Shown here: in pieces, positions 51,601 to 60,682 of the stretch
How positions within the stretch are numbered: the stretch's first letter is position 1
Layout: every line of letters begins with the position of its first letter
Program-made: the position numbers and the translations under genes
Origin: Bacteroidia bacterium
Lineage (GTDB): Bacteria; Bacteroidota; Bacteroidia; M30B66
DNA length: 64,000 nucleotides
Assembly: GCA_965279035.1 (NCBI GenBank)
Contig: OZ257142.1
Span: 4,000,001-4,064,000 of the forward strand
Direction: 5' to 3'
Notes under the pieces: model-generated
The model's database searches: none
What the model saw: the letters and a program-made list of their open reading frames with translations, nothing else
Told to the model about the DNA's origin: nothing

Positions 51601-52830
51601 TGTACAAAATGGTTGTGCGTCATCGCAAAATCCAGTAGGTAAAATTACAGGTGCCTGACAAGTTCCGCAGGATAATGTTGCCGAAAATCCAGTGGAAGTT
51701 ACAGATCCGTTAGAAGTAAATACTAAAGTCAAACATCCTCCAGAATTGGTAGAACTGGCAACAGGTAGTGGAACTGAAAATCCAGAAAAAACACCTAATA
51801 AATCAGCTCCAGTATTGGGCCCATCATATACAGATAGTCGATCGAACGTTGCTTCTGTATTGAAACTTGTAAAGTTGAGTGCAACACATTGACCAGGAGT
51901 TCCCGAACAAATTGTTTGTGTAACACTTTGATTATTACCATAATTACCTAAAGCTCCAGGATCAACAAGAGTTCCACCACACGTGGTGATTGTATTTCCT
52001 CCAACACCAAGTATCATATTAGGAGTTTGACAAACTCCACATGCAACATTCGCTTGAAAGCCAGTACTATTAACAGATCCATTGGAAGTAAACTGAAGAG
52101 TCATGCAACCTCCAGAATTTGTTGAAGTAGACACCGGAGCTGGAATGGATGTACCTGAAAACACTCCTATTAAACCAGAGCTTGTGTTAGGTCCATCATA
52201 AATTGTTAGAAGATCAGCATCAGCTTCTGTATTGAAACTTGTAAACGTAAGTGAAACACATTGACCAACAACATCCGAACAAAATGTTTGAGTAATGGAT
52301 TCATTGTCTGAATAATTACCTGGACCACCTGCATCCATTAAAATTCCACTGCAACCAGAAATGGAAGCTCCACCTTGACCTAAAGTAATTGCAGGTGGAC
52401 ATGTAACGCAAGATATTGCAGCATTGAAACCTGTGTATGTTACTGAACCATCTGAAACAAATGAAAGAGTAATACAACCACCAGAAGCTCCTGTTGATGT
52501 TACAACGCCCGGACTAGTTGTTCCTGCATAAGTTCCTAAAACTGCAGCTAGTGTGCTGTTTCCGTCATAAATTGTTAATGGATCACAACAAGATTCAGTT
52601 TCAAATGCACCAAATGAAAGTTGTACACATTGTCCCGTACCAGAACAAATCGTTTGAGTTGTATTTAAACCATTGGTATAAGCTCCAAACCCACCTGGAT
52701 TTTCAAGTGTTCCACCACAATCAGTAATGGTTGTTCCTGTAGCGCCCATAATGTATGTTTGGGCGTTTGTTTTAACACCCCAACAGAGCATTAGAAGCAA
52801 CAAGCATCCTATATAACTGAAATTTTTCAT
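48622..52830 (-). CDS. T9SS type B cargo, 1402 aa: three CUB domains, Cys-rich CLGSTPNPAWY domain, WTGPN stalk, PKD, gliding-motility-associated CTD
   Basis: Three CUB-like units (CGG...PG..Y.N...TQTIC...L.F..F.TE...D.L.IYDG...F.S.GSV...GF.A); CTD VYVPTAFTPNNDGYND...YNRWG...GWDG...VVLLR. Confidence 0.88.
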   Translation of the reverse strand: MKNFSYIGCLLLLMLCWGVKTNAQTYIMGATGTTITDCGGTLENPGGFGAYTNGLNTTQTICSGTGQCVQLSFGAFETESCCDPLTIYDGNSTLAAVLGTYAGTTSPGVVTSTGASGGCITLSFVSDGSVTYTGFNAAISCVTCPPAITLGQGGASISGCSGILMDAGGPGNYSDNESITQTFCSDVVGQCVSLTFTSFNTEADADLLTIYDGPNTSSGLIGVFSGTSIPAPVSTSTNSGGCMTLQFTSNGSVNSTGFQANVACGVCQTPNMILGVGGNTITTCGGTLVDPGALGNYGNNQSVTQTICSGTPGQCVALNFTSFNTEATFDRLSVYDGPNTGADLLGVFSGFSVPLPVASSTNSGGCLTLVFTSNGSVTSTGFSATLSCGTCQAPVILPTGFCDDAQPFCTDVAGGITFPAATGTQSEFGGGISCLGSTPNPAWYFMKVQNTGPIDLQITSGFDVDFICWGPFSQTQWTNGVCTQVLDPVWAANATNVIDCSYSASATENCSIANAQAGEYYVLLLTNFSNLATNINFQQNGGTGSTDCSIFCSVDATPAPTVCDPTTNTYILAGTINFTNPPSTGSLTITNSSGGFLSFNAPFATSVNYNFTNLSSNGNAEQLTVVFSDDNTCAAIGNYNAPASCSQCPVQAGVSGPACEGQNVSLTASNVDNGQYTWIGPNGFASNLQNPVLTNVTPAMAGVYQVTALNPINNCSSISSVNVFVFATPATPTLSNSGPVCEGTPLNFTSNNYAGGTFSWSGPNSFTSSLQNPSIAAAANAANGNYSCIVSVNSCPSLPGSTTAVINPYPTTPVPTNNGPLCDGDNLQLNVPAIAGATYEWKNPIGTVISSNQNATVNAVTSSMSGVYTLRVQVNGCWSLAGSTTVNIYPIPTTPVLISNSPVCENTTLTITGPAPLPIVGTTYAWTGPGSFSAATQNISITNAQLTDAGQYSLVITEHGCSSAIGSITPVVIALPVSNAGSDLIVCSLEPAAIGAPPVAGYTYSWSPIGGLDFSTISNPTATISNMSGQPTDYTYIVTTTDQICSTKDTVVITVNPQPIASFIAPNPACFEGNSFNFDADGYYSANATFAWEFGPWANNATSTLESPQDIIYNSTGLQIVRLTITDRGCESNLYQAPVMVYKMPVANFISDFFVGCDPKVINFTNLSESDDPIKTRVWSFGNGRGAEIDNPTVLYNDPGVYDVSLTITSEKGCSNTYLINEMIRIYPTPNADFALNPEIVYITKPEMDFIDLSQGGDEVFYVVDDTAYIYQADTRYTFPDSGIYDIRQVVTTTFGCRDSLTKQAIVELGYKVYVPTAFTPNNDGYNDFFRVYGEDVTEFQMLIYNRWGQLLYSSYDMENGWDGRTLLKDNVCDGGVYIYKIDATQRSGIKTNYEGTVVLLR

Positions 52831-52832
52831 GG

Positions 52833-53222
52833 TCAGTTTTGTGATGAATTAGTATTCATTTCGTTTTTAATCCGTTCTAATTCTATATCCAATTCTTGAT
52901 AGGATAAAATATCAATCGGATTTCCCGGCACTGTTAAATACACGCGCTTACGCGTTTTTGCTTCTCTAATGTATTGATTGACATCAAAACTGTTGATATC
53001 AATAGCAGGACAATCAGGGCAAGGTTTCATTGTATTCACAACCCAAGAATTCCGAAAGATGAAATTCAATTGAGCAATCTTCAAAGCATCCATTTGAGAG
53101 ATCTGTTCTGCAGAATAATAACGGGATGCACGAGAATCCAATGTAGGGTTTGTGCTAGAAATTTGCTGAGCAAATAATGCACTTCCGGCAAACAGGGCAA
53201 GAAAAAGCAACGTGTGTTTCAC
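52833..53222 (-). CDS. Small exported hypothetical protein with CPDC motif
   Basis: GTG start, signal peptide ..ALFAQQ, stop 2 bp upstream of the CUB gene start; TATATTTG box at 53242-53249. Confidence 0.75.
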   Translation of the reverse strand: MKHTLLFLALFAGSALFAQQISSTNPTLDSRASRYYSAEQISQMDALKIAQLNFIFRNSWVVNTMKPCPDCPAIDINSFDVNQYIREAKTRKRVYLTVPGNPIDILSYQELDIELERIKNEMNTNSSQN

Positions 53223-53305
53223 AGGGTTTGTGTTGGGAATACAAATATATCAAAATATCAATTCGAAAAGCATGTATGTTGACTAACACCTTATTAGCAG
53301 ATGTA

Positions 53306-55483
53306 TCAAAGGTTTTCGAGAAGATAATCCGTCATTTTAGTGTATAAATGCAAACGAGTATTGCCACCATAAATTCCATGATTTTTATCTGGGTAGAAAA
53401 ATAAATCAAACTGCTTATTGGCTTTCACCAAGGCGGTTACCATTTCAACCGAATTTTGGAAATGAACATTATCATCACCCGTTCCATGTATCAATAAATA
53501 CTTGCCTTTCAAGCGTGCCACATGATTAATTGGAGAATTATCGTCATATCCTGATTCATTTTCCTCAGGTGTTTGCATGAAACGCTCTGTGTAAATGGAA
53601 TCGTAAAAACGCCAGTTCGTTACCGGAGCAACTGCAATAGCCATTTTGAATACATCTGCTCCCTTGGTAATACATAAAGAACTCATATATCCACCATAAC
53701 TCCAGCCTTGAATTCCAATACGAGAAGCATCTACATACGACTGAGCAGCCATGTATTTTGCAGCTTCAATTTGATCTTCCGTTTCGAGCTTTCCCAATTG
53801 CTTATAGGTCGATTTCTTAAACGCTTCTCCCCTATTTCCTGTACCTCGATTATCCACCGAAACTACGATGTAGCCTTTTTGTGCCAAATATTGATACCAC
53901 ATGTAGTTAGAACCTTCCCATTGATTCTCCACGGTGTTGTGTCCTGGACCACCATAAACTGTCATGAAAACCGGATATTTTTTACTTGCATCGAAGTTGG
54001 AAGGCTTAATCATCCAACCATTCAAGGCATTACCAGTGCTCGTTGTAAAACTGAAAAATTCCTTTTTAGATAAACGATAAGTAGCAAGCTTATCACGCAA
54101 CACCTTATTCGTTTCCAAAGATCGAATTAACTTTCCTTCTCCAGAATATAAACTGTAATCAGCCGGTGCATTTGCACTACTCTGATTCAACACGAAATAG
54201 CTGAAGTTACTGCTAAACTCAGGATTCTGATGTCCGTTTACTGGCAATAAATTCTTTTGGCCTTTACCGGTAAGTTTCACCGTAAACAGGCTTCTATCCA
54301 TAGGCGTTGGAGCTGCCGCTTGAAAATACAACGTGCCTGTTTTTTCATTGATACCATAAAACTCCGTGATATCGAAGTTGCCACTGCTCAATGCGTTAAT
54401 CTTCTTTCCATCCATTCCATAGAGATACAAATGGTTAAATCCTCCTAATTCAGATGACCAGATAAAACGCTTTCCATCAGCCAAAAAGCGAAGATTATCG
54501 TGAATGTCAATATAGGTTTCAGACTTCTCTTCCAATAAAGTACGAATACTACCGGAAGCTGGATTGGCTAATAAAAGTTCTAGGTGGTTTTGATGACGAT
54601 TCATGCGTGTAACACATAATTCAGAACCATTCGAAGTCCACTGTACACGTGGAATGTATTGATTTTTATCATCTCCAGTTAGCATTTTCACCGAACTGTT
54701 TCCAGCCAAGGAATACACAAAAACATTCACTAAAGAATTGTCTTCACCTGCTTTTGGATATTTGAATGTGTACAAACCTGGATATAAACTACCATAGGTT
54801 TGCATGTTATATTCTTTCACTTCGTGTTCATCGAACCGTAAATAGGCGATTTTAGATCCATCAGGTGACCAGAAAAAGCCTTGACTTAGGGCAAATTCTT
54901 CTTCATACACCCAATCGGTAGCACCATTGATGATTTCATTTTGCTTACCATCTTTTGTCACAGCTGTTTCTTTACCTGAACTTAAGTCCTTAACAAACAA
55001 ATTATTGTCGCGCACAAAAGCAACGTTTTTCCCATCGGGTGAAAAATCAGCGTATTGCTGTTTGCCCGTACTCAGGTAATTGGCAGTTTTCTTTTCTAAA
55101 TCAATTACAACAAAAGCACTTCGGCTCGAATAGCGATAAATTGGCTCCGACTCCGTTGGTACTAAAAGTTTTTTCTCATCCTTGCTAAACGTGTAAGAAT
55201 CAAATTGAATGGTTTTATTTCCGGGAAGTGTGATGCTCGCTGGTGAATAAATATCTCCTACTTTCAAGCCGGTTGAATAAGCGTACTTCTCAATACTAAC
55301 GCCTGATTCATCAATTTTTAGTGTGCTATAATGTTGTCCGTCCTGCATCGGTGAAACGCCCATAACCATGGAAGGTCTAAACATTGGACTTGCCCAAATT
55401 TCTTGAAGGGAAAGATCTTTCAGAGGCTGAGCAAATAGGCCAGCATGCATTACTACAGCTAAGAGAATCAGCAATTTACGCAT
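53306..55483 (-). CDS. Dipeptidyl peptidase IV (S9B)
   Basis: DWVYEEE, GWSYGG, GTGDDNVH, DKNHGI; likely start MRKLL at 55483. Confidence 0.95.
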   Translation of the reverse strand: MRKLLILLAVVMHAGLFAQPLKDLSLQEIWASPMFRPSMVMGVSPMQDGQHYSTLKIDESGVSIEKYAYSTGLKVGDIYSPASITLPGNKTIQFDSYTFSKDEKKLLVPTESEPIYRYSSRSAFVVIDLEKKTANYLSTGKQQYADFSPDGKNVAFVRDNNLFVKDLSSGKETAVTKDGKQNEIINGATDWVYEEEFALSQGFFWSPDGSKIAYLRFDEHEVKEYNMQTYGSLYPGLYTFKYPKAGEDNSLVNVFVYSLAGNSSVKMLTGDDKNQYIPRVQWTSNGSELCVTRMNRHQNHLELLLANPASGSIRTLLEEKSETYIDIHDNLRFLADGKRFIWSSELGGFNHLYLYGMDGKKINALSSGNFDITEFYGINEKTGTLYFQAAAPTPMDRSLFTVKLTGKGQKNLLPVNGHQNPEFSSNFSYFVLNQSSANAPADYSLYSGEGKLIRSLETNKVLRDKLATYRLSKKEFFSFTTSTGNALNGWMIKPSNFDASKKYPVFMTVYGGPGHNTVENQWEGSNYMWYQYLAQKGYIVVSVDNRGTGNRGEAFKKSTYKQLGKLETEDQIEAAKYMAAQSYVDASRIGIQGWSYGGYMSSLCITKGADVFKMAIAVAPVTNWRFYDSIYTERFMQTPEENESGYDDNSPINHVARLKGKYLLIHGTGDDNVHFQNSVEMVTALVKANKQFDLFFYPDKNHGIYGGNTRLHLYTKMTDYLLENL

Positions 55484-55646
55484 AGGTATTTTTTTTAAGA
55501 CCGTAAAAGTAACAGAATCAAACCGAACACACATGCTTACAGGTAAAATCGGTGTTATTAGAAGAATCATTCACATTCGGGTATGGACAACTCCTTACAG
55601 AAATAGAATACCGACAGCAGGTTTCGAATACTTTTGAATCCAATAC

Positions 55647-56678
55647 ATGAAAATCAGCTACAGGAATTTCGAGATCCCTTTTCAATACCCGTTTTCCATT
55701 TCGGGAGGAAGAACTAAAACGCATCAGCCCAGCTTGGTTGTATGCATCGAACATCAAGGTTTGAAAGGATTTGGAGAAGCTCCGGCAATCCTTTACTACA
55801 ACATTTCTGTAGATAAAATGATTGCTGATTTAAACGATCGATTGAACGAATTAGAAAACTTCGACTTTCAACATCCTGAAGCATTTGGGGCATTTGCATT
55901 TTCCCTGTTCCCAGAAAACTCTTTCCTAGTCTGTGCGCTTGATATGGCTGCTTGGGACTTGTATGGAAAAAAGCAACAAAAACCATTATATCAACTCTGG
56001 AGTACAGAATGGAAAAACCTTCCCTTGAGTGATTACACCCTTGGAATAGATGAAATTACTGTGATGTTGCGCAAAATGGACGAGCATCCTTGGCCTATTT
56101 ACAAAGTGAAATTGGGAAGCGAAAAGGACATTGAAATCATTGAGGCATTACGATCTCATACTTCCGTTCCTTTAAGAATAGATGTAAATGGAGGTTGGAC
56201 TTTACAGGAAGCAATTGAAAAAATCGAACAATTAAGAAGCTTTGGAATTGAACTCATTGAGCAGCCTCTTTCAAAAGCAGAGCGACACTTAATGCCACAA
56301 CTAAAAGCTCATTCCAGCATTCCTCTTATAGCCGATGAAAGCTGTGTACACGAAAAAGATGTAGAAAATTGCGCAGAAGGATTTCATGGTATTAACATCA
56401 AACTCACCAAATGCGGAGGAATTTCACCTTCCTTACGCATGATTAAAACCGCTCGAAAATTGGGTTTAAAAGTCATGATGGGCAACATGAATGAATCGAG
56501 TATTGGGACTTCCGCCATTGCCCACTTTTTACCTCAACTCGATTTTGTGGATATGGATGGACCGCTCTTGTTAGTTGGAGATCTAGCTTCCGGATTAGAA
56601 CTGCAAAACGGCATGGCCAAACTTTCTAATCAGCCCGGTTTGGGTATTATTCCCACCTTTGAAATGACGATTGCTTAA
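55647..56678 (+). CDS. Dipeptide (L-Ala-D/L-Glu) epimerase, enolase superfamily
   Basis: KVK motif, metal ligands RIDVN / IEQP / ADES, NIKLTK, DMDG. Confidence 0.9.
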   Translation: MKISYRNFEIPFQYPFSISGGRTKTHQPSLVVCIEHQGLKGFGEAPAILYYNISVDKMIADLNDRLNELENFDFQHPEAFGAFAFSLFPENSFLVCALDMAAWDLYGKKQQKPLYQLWSTEWKNLPLSDYTLGIDEITVMLRKMDEHPWPIYKVKLGSEKDIEIIEALRSHTSVPLRIDVNGGWTLQEAIEKIEQLRSFGIELIEQPLSKAERHLMPQLKAHSSIPLIADESCVHEKDVENCAEGFHGINIKLTKCGGISPSLRMIKTARKLGLKVMMGNMNESSIGTSAIAHFLPQLDFVDMDGPLLLVGDLASGLELQNGMAKLSNQPGLGIIPTFEMTIA

Positions 56679-56689
56679 CCTCTTGACCA

Positions 56690-58096
56690 ATGTCAAAGTC
56701 AACTATACAAACTGCCGATTTAACCTTTTTCAGCGAAGTTCTTGGTAAGGAATTCGTGCTGTTCGACCCGGAAAACCTGCAAACTCATTCGCACGACGAA
56801 ACCGAAGATTTGCGCTACTTACCCGAAGTAGTGCTTCGACCCGAAACACCGGAGCAAATCAGTCAGATTCTAAAACACTGTAATAGCCGAGGAATTCCGG
56901 TAACGACTCGAGGTGGTGGAACAGGACTTAGTGGTGGAGCTCTTCCAATTCATGGTGGTGTGGTGTTGTCGATGAGTCGTTTTAACCGCATACTCGAAAT
57001 AGATGAACGCAACCTTCAGGCAACAGTCGAACCGGGCGTTATTACACAAGTTTTCCAGGAAGCAGTAATTGAAAAAGGTTTGTTTTATCCACCCGATCCA
57101 TCCAGCCGTGGAACCTGTTTTATTGGAGGTAATTTAGCCCATTGCTCGGGTGGACCACGTGCGGTGAAATATGGCGTAACGCGCGATTATGTGCTTGATT
57201 TAGAAGTAGTGTTAGCTTCCGGAGAAATTATTCATACGGGCGCTAAAGTCCTTAAAAACTCCACTGGTTACAACCTCACGCAATTGATGGTGGGCAGCGA
57301 AGGAACACTGGGCGTGATTACCAAAGTAGTGTTCAAACTCCTACCCTATCCGCGCATGAATAAGGTTTTGTTAGCACCATTTCGTTCACCTTTAGATGCA
57401 TGTGCTGCGGTTTCGGCCATCTTCCGAGAAGGCATTATTCCATCGGCCTTGGAATTTATGGAACGCGATGCCATCGATTGGACCTTGCATTTCCGCACCG
57501 ACATCAACATCCAAATTGGAGATGAAGAACAAGCGCATTTGCTCATCGAGGTAGATGGTAACGATGAAGAAACAATCCTCAAAGACATTGAACGCATTGT
57601 GCCGGTGCTCGAAGCGCATCACTGCATGGAAATATTGTTTGCTGAATCAGAAGCTCAAAAAACCGATCTCTGGAAACTCCGCCGCAGTGTTGCCGAAGCG
57701 GTGAAATCGAATTCCACCTATAAAGAAGAAGATACTGTTGTCCCACGCGCCGAATTGCCTGTTTTGCTTTCAGGAGTAAAAGAAATCGGGGCGAAATACG
57801 GCTTCAAATCGGTGTGTTACGGACATGCCGGCGATGGAAATTTGCACGTCAACATCATCAAAGGCGATATGAGCGAGGCCCAATGGAAAGAAGACGTAAC
57901 TAAAGGAATTCGTGAAATTTTCACTTTAGTAGTTTCTCTTGGTGGAACATTGAGCGGCGAACATGGAATTGGCTTGGTTCAACAACCTTACATGCCCATC
58001 GCTTTTTCGGAAGTTCAATTAGAACTCATGCGTGGAATCAAAAACGTATTCGACCCAAAAGGCATTCTCAATCCAGGAAAGATTTTCAACGTGTGA
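56690..58096 (+). CDS. FAD-linked oxidase (GlcD / D-2-hydroxyacid dehydrogenase family)
   Basis: RGGGTGLSGG, PPDPSS, GSEGTLG, GHAGDGNLH, SGEHGIG, FDPKGILNPGK. Confidence 0.93.
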   Translation: MSKSTIQTADLTFFSEVLGKEFVLFDPENLQTHSHDETEDLRYLPEVVLRPETPEQISQILKHCNSRGIPVTTRGGGTGLSGGALPIHGGVVLSMSRFNRILEIDERNLQATVEPGVITQVFQEAVIEKGLFYPPDPSSRGTCFIGGNLAHCSGGPRAVKYGVTRDYVLDLEVVLASGEIIHTGAKVLKNSTGYNLTQLMVGSEGTLGVITKVVFKLLPYPRMNKVLLAPFRSPLDACAAVSAIFREGIIPSALEFMERDAIDWTLHFRTDINIQIGDEEQAHLLIEVDGNDEETILKDIERIVPVLEAHHCMEILFAESEAQKTDLWKLRRSVAEAVKSNSTYKEEDTVVPRAELPVLLSGVKEIGAKYGFKSVCYGHAGDGNLHVNIIKGDMSEAQWKEDVTKGIREIFTLVVSLGGTLSGEHGIGLVQQPYMPIAFSEVQLELMRGIKNVFDPKGILNPGKIFNV

Positions 58097-58101
58097 TGCA
58101 T

Positions 58102-58234
58102 TTGGGCGTGCCCTTTTTGCCTTCACGCAAATGCCTTCGCACTCAAGGTCGCGCTTTCCGCTATACTCCACATCGCCAGCCTTCGCTTTTAGCTACGGCA
58201 GGCGATGCGGGGTGTCGCTGCAATCGCTCACGCG
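58102..58234 (+). ncRNA. Structured RNA resembling the Bacteroidota Flavo-1 motif
   Basis: TTGGGCGTGCCC...GGTCGCGCTTTCCGCTATA...GCTGCAATCGCTCACGC layout, matched from memory to Flavo-1. GCGTG(58106-58110) pairs with CACGC(58229-58233), and CATCGCC(58171-58177) with GGCGATG(58201-58207). Confidence 0.6.
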
Positions 58235-58273
58235 GGGTTCGGAATAATCATGCATCATCCCGTCGCATGTTAA

Positions 58274-58464
58274 CCCCGGATTGAAATCCAGAGCTACTGG
58301 CAACTAACACAATCATTCTTCAAGCACCCCCGGATTTCAATCCGGGGATTCCAACCTACGACGAGGAATCTTAATTCGATTATCTTGCATCCCCGGATTG
58401 AAATCCGGGGCTACCGGCAACGATCACAATCATTCAACTAGCACCCCCGGATTTCAATCCGGGG
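58274..58464. repeat. Four REP-like palindromes CCCCGGAT(TGAA/TTCA)ATCCGGGG as two 117-bp tandem doublets
   Basis: Palindromes at 58274 (imperfect), 58328, 58391 and 58445; loops alternate TGAA/TTCA; CTAC follows copies 1 and 3. Confidence 0.9.
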
Positions 58465-58482
58465 ACCTTACACCTCCACCCT

Positions 58483-58848
58483 ATGCAAAACAACATCCTC
58501 TGGCACGATCTCACCGTTGACGATGCCGCGAAAGTCAGCGAGTTTTACGAAAAAGTAGCAGGCTGGGAACGCCAAAGCTTCGACATGGGTGGATATAACG
58601 ATTATGTAATGTCGCCCGAAGAGGGAGAAGATCCCATTGCAGGTATTTGTTATGCACGCGGCAGCAATAAAGACATACCGCCACAATGGCTCATGTATGT
58701 GAATGTGGAAAATCTCGACAAAAGCCTTGAAGCGGTTACACGTTTGGGAGGAAAAGTCTTAGGAGACAAACGCAAAATGGGCGACGATGGCAAATTCTAT
58801 TGCCTCATACAAGATCCTGCAGGAGCGTATATGATGTTATGTGGTTAG
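58483..58848 (+). CDS. VOC/glyoxalase-family protein
   Basis: WHDLTV, FYEKVAGW, PPQWLMYVNV, GGKV, IQDPAGA. Confidence 0.88.
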   Translation: MQNNILWHDLTVDDAAKVSEFYEKVAGWERQSFDMGGYNDYVMSPEEGEDPIAGICYARGSNKDIPPQWLMYVNVENLDKSLEAVTRLGGKVLGDKRKMGDDGKFYCLIQDPAGAYMMLCG

Positions 58849-60671
58849 TGTGTGATGAATATTTTGGCAGCACCCTTTCCTGATGCGCTTTGAATTCGCA
58901 ACAAATACATTCCTTGGGGAATTTCTGTAACTGAGATCGTTTGCATTCCTTGTTGCAAATGTTGAATACGAATTAATCTACCAGCTAAATCATAAATTTC
59001 AAGCATTCCTTCTTCTTTAAGTTTAATTGAGATTTGATCATTCACTGGGTTTGGATATAGCTTAAAAGGAATTTGTTCTAATACTTCAAAACCAGAAGGA
59101 ATAAATTGAATTGTATCTGAAAATAAATAGCAGCCATTTGTGTAATCAATATAAACAGCATAGCTGCCTGCTTCTGTTAATGTTAATTGTGGTTGAATTA
59201 CCTGTTGAAATAAAGAATCTATCACCCAATAACCTATGTACATTCCTTCGGGCACATCAAAACTGAGAGTGGAAGTTAGTGTATCAAAATGCAAAATAAT
59301 TGGATCTGGTTGTGGAAATGTATTCACTACAAATTCGACCGAATCAGCTGAACCACATTGGTCAGATACATAAATGCGATAAAGTGTTGTATCAACTGGA
59401 CTAACCGAAATGCCAGAATACGTGCTTTCATTATTTAACCAGGCGTATGTAAATGGTGGAATACCTTGTATAACTTCTACATACAAATTAATTGGCCCTT
59501 GTCCCGAACAAATAGCATGAACTGAACTTGAAGCTAATTCTAAAATTGGTTGATCATCTAGTTGAAATTCAGAAACGATTTCACCACAAAAAGAAGGATA
59601 TGTAAAAATGAGTGTTTCAATCCCTTCTGTTTGGTTGTCTTGATAAATACTTAGTGATAAGTTCGTCGAATCTTGTCCAGACGGAATTATCAATGAATCG
59701 GGTAAAAAAGTATAATCTATTCCATTGCTAGCAGAACCACTTATTGAATAATGAAAAATATATTCTCCTATTACAGAATCGGGTTTTGAAAATGTTAGAT
59801 CTAAGGTAGTGCAATCTTCGTATGCTGAAGGCGTATGCAAATCAAGACGAGAGACGATTATAGGCCCTTGAGAAGGTTGACTCTGAGCCGCAAGAAAAAC
59901 GGCAGAATCATAACCGCTATCACAACCATCTGCAATCATGATTCTAAGTGTGTAGGTTTGACAAGGAATCACCGCTTTTTTAGCAACTAAAACAATTGTT
60001 GAACCGTCATAAACAATATTTGTAGGAGGATTTGAATTAAAATACTGAGCATTTGTTAGAATACATTGATCATTTATAGTACTACCATAAATACCTGTAG
60101 AACCATTATTGATCGTACTGATTGTAATCGGATCGTTTGTTCCTGGAACTACTGCTATATTTTGTTCGCCACTAATACCTGGTCCAGAAATAATAATTGC
60201 TAAAGCATCATTAGTCGAGGAACATACGAAATCGTTGTATTCTTCTGATTCATAAATGAATTTAAGTGAAATACTATCGTTTTGCGGAATGAAATCGAAT
60301 TGTAATATAATTCCATCATACGTATTTCCATAAACACTACAATTTGGAACATAGGCTGCTAATTCGGGTATATCAACTAAGCCTTGATTAATAAATTCGC
60401 TTGCAAAACCAACTATTGTATCATCTGAAACCGCTGCTTTTCCGGTACTAAGAATTAATCCACTGTTTATTCCTAATTGCCCACTTGAGTCTGTAAAATA
60501 CCCAATTGCTTGCCTATCGCCTAATAGTTGAGCATTACTAAATGCGATTCCCGGACCTAATAATTTTTCTACATATTGATTTACTGTTAGGCTTGTATCC
60601 ACCGTATACTGTGCGTTTACTAGCGTTGGATTAGTTAAAATAACAAATAATAATAGGATAAGCCTTTTCAT
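58845..60671 (-). CDS. T9SS type A cargo with choice-of-anchor-L-like head
   Basis: ..NAQYTVDT; FIYESEEYNDFVCS; ADGCDSGYDSAVFL; type A CTD LYPNPV...IYDLAG...GMYLL. Confidence 0.85.
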   Translation of the reverse strand: MKRLILLLFVILTNPTLVNAQYTVDTSLTVNQYVEKLLGPGIAFSNAQLLGDRQAIGYFTDSSGQLGINSGLILSTGKAAVSDDTIVGFASEFINQGLVDIPELAAYVPNCSVYGNTYDGIILQFDFIPQNDSISLKFIYESEEYNDFVCSSTNDALAIIISGPGISGEQNIAVVPGTNDPITISTINNGSTGIYGSTINDQCILTNAQYFNSNPPTNIVYDGSTIVLVAKKAVIPCQTYTLRIMIADGCDSGYDSAVFLAAQSQPSQGPIIVSRLDLHTPSAYEDCTTLDLTFSKPDSVIGEYIFHYSISGSASNGIDYTFLPDSLIIPSGQDSTNLSLSIYQDNQTEGIETLIFTYPSFCGEIVSEFQLDDQPILELASSSVHAICSGQGPINLYVEVIQGIPPFTYAWLNNESTYSGISVSPVDTTLYRIYVSDQCGSADSVEFVVNTFPQPDPIILHFDTLTSTLSFDVPEGMYIGYWVIDSLFQQVIQPQLTLTEAGSYAVYIDYTNGCYLFSDTIQFIPSGFEVLEQIPFKLYPNPVNDQISIKLKEEGMLEIYDLAGRLIRIQHLQQGMQTISVTEIPQGMYLLRIQSASGKGAAKIFITH

Positions 60672-60682
60672 ATTTTAATGAA

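Noticed and set aside
58032-58284. ORFs 58032-58247 and 58093-58284
   Set aside because: They overlap the structured RNA-like element and have no protein-like features.
58274-58464. Possible mini-CRISPR
   Set aside because: Loops alternate in orientation and spacers 1 and 3 are near-identical, which fits a REP doublet duplication.
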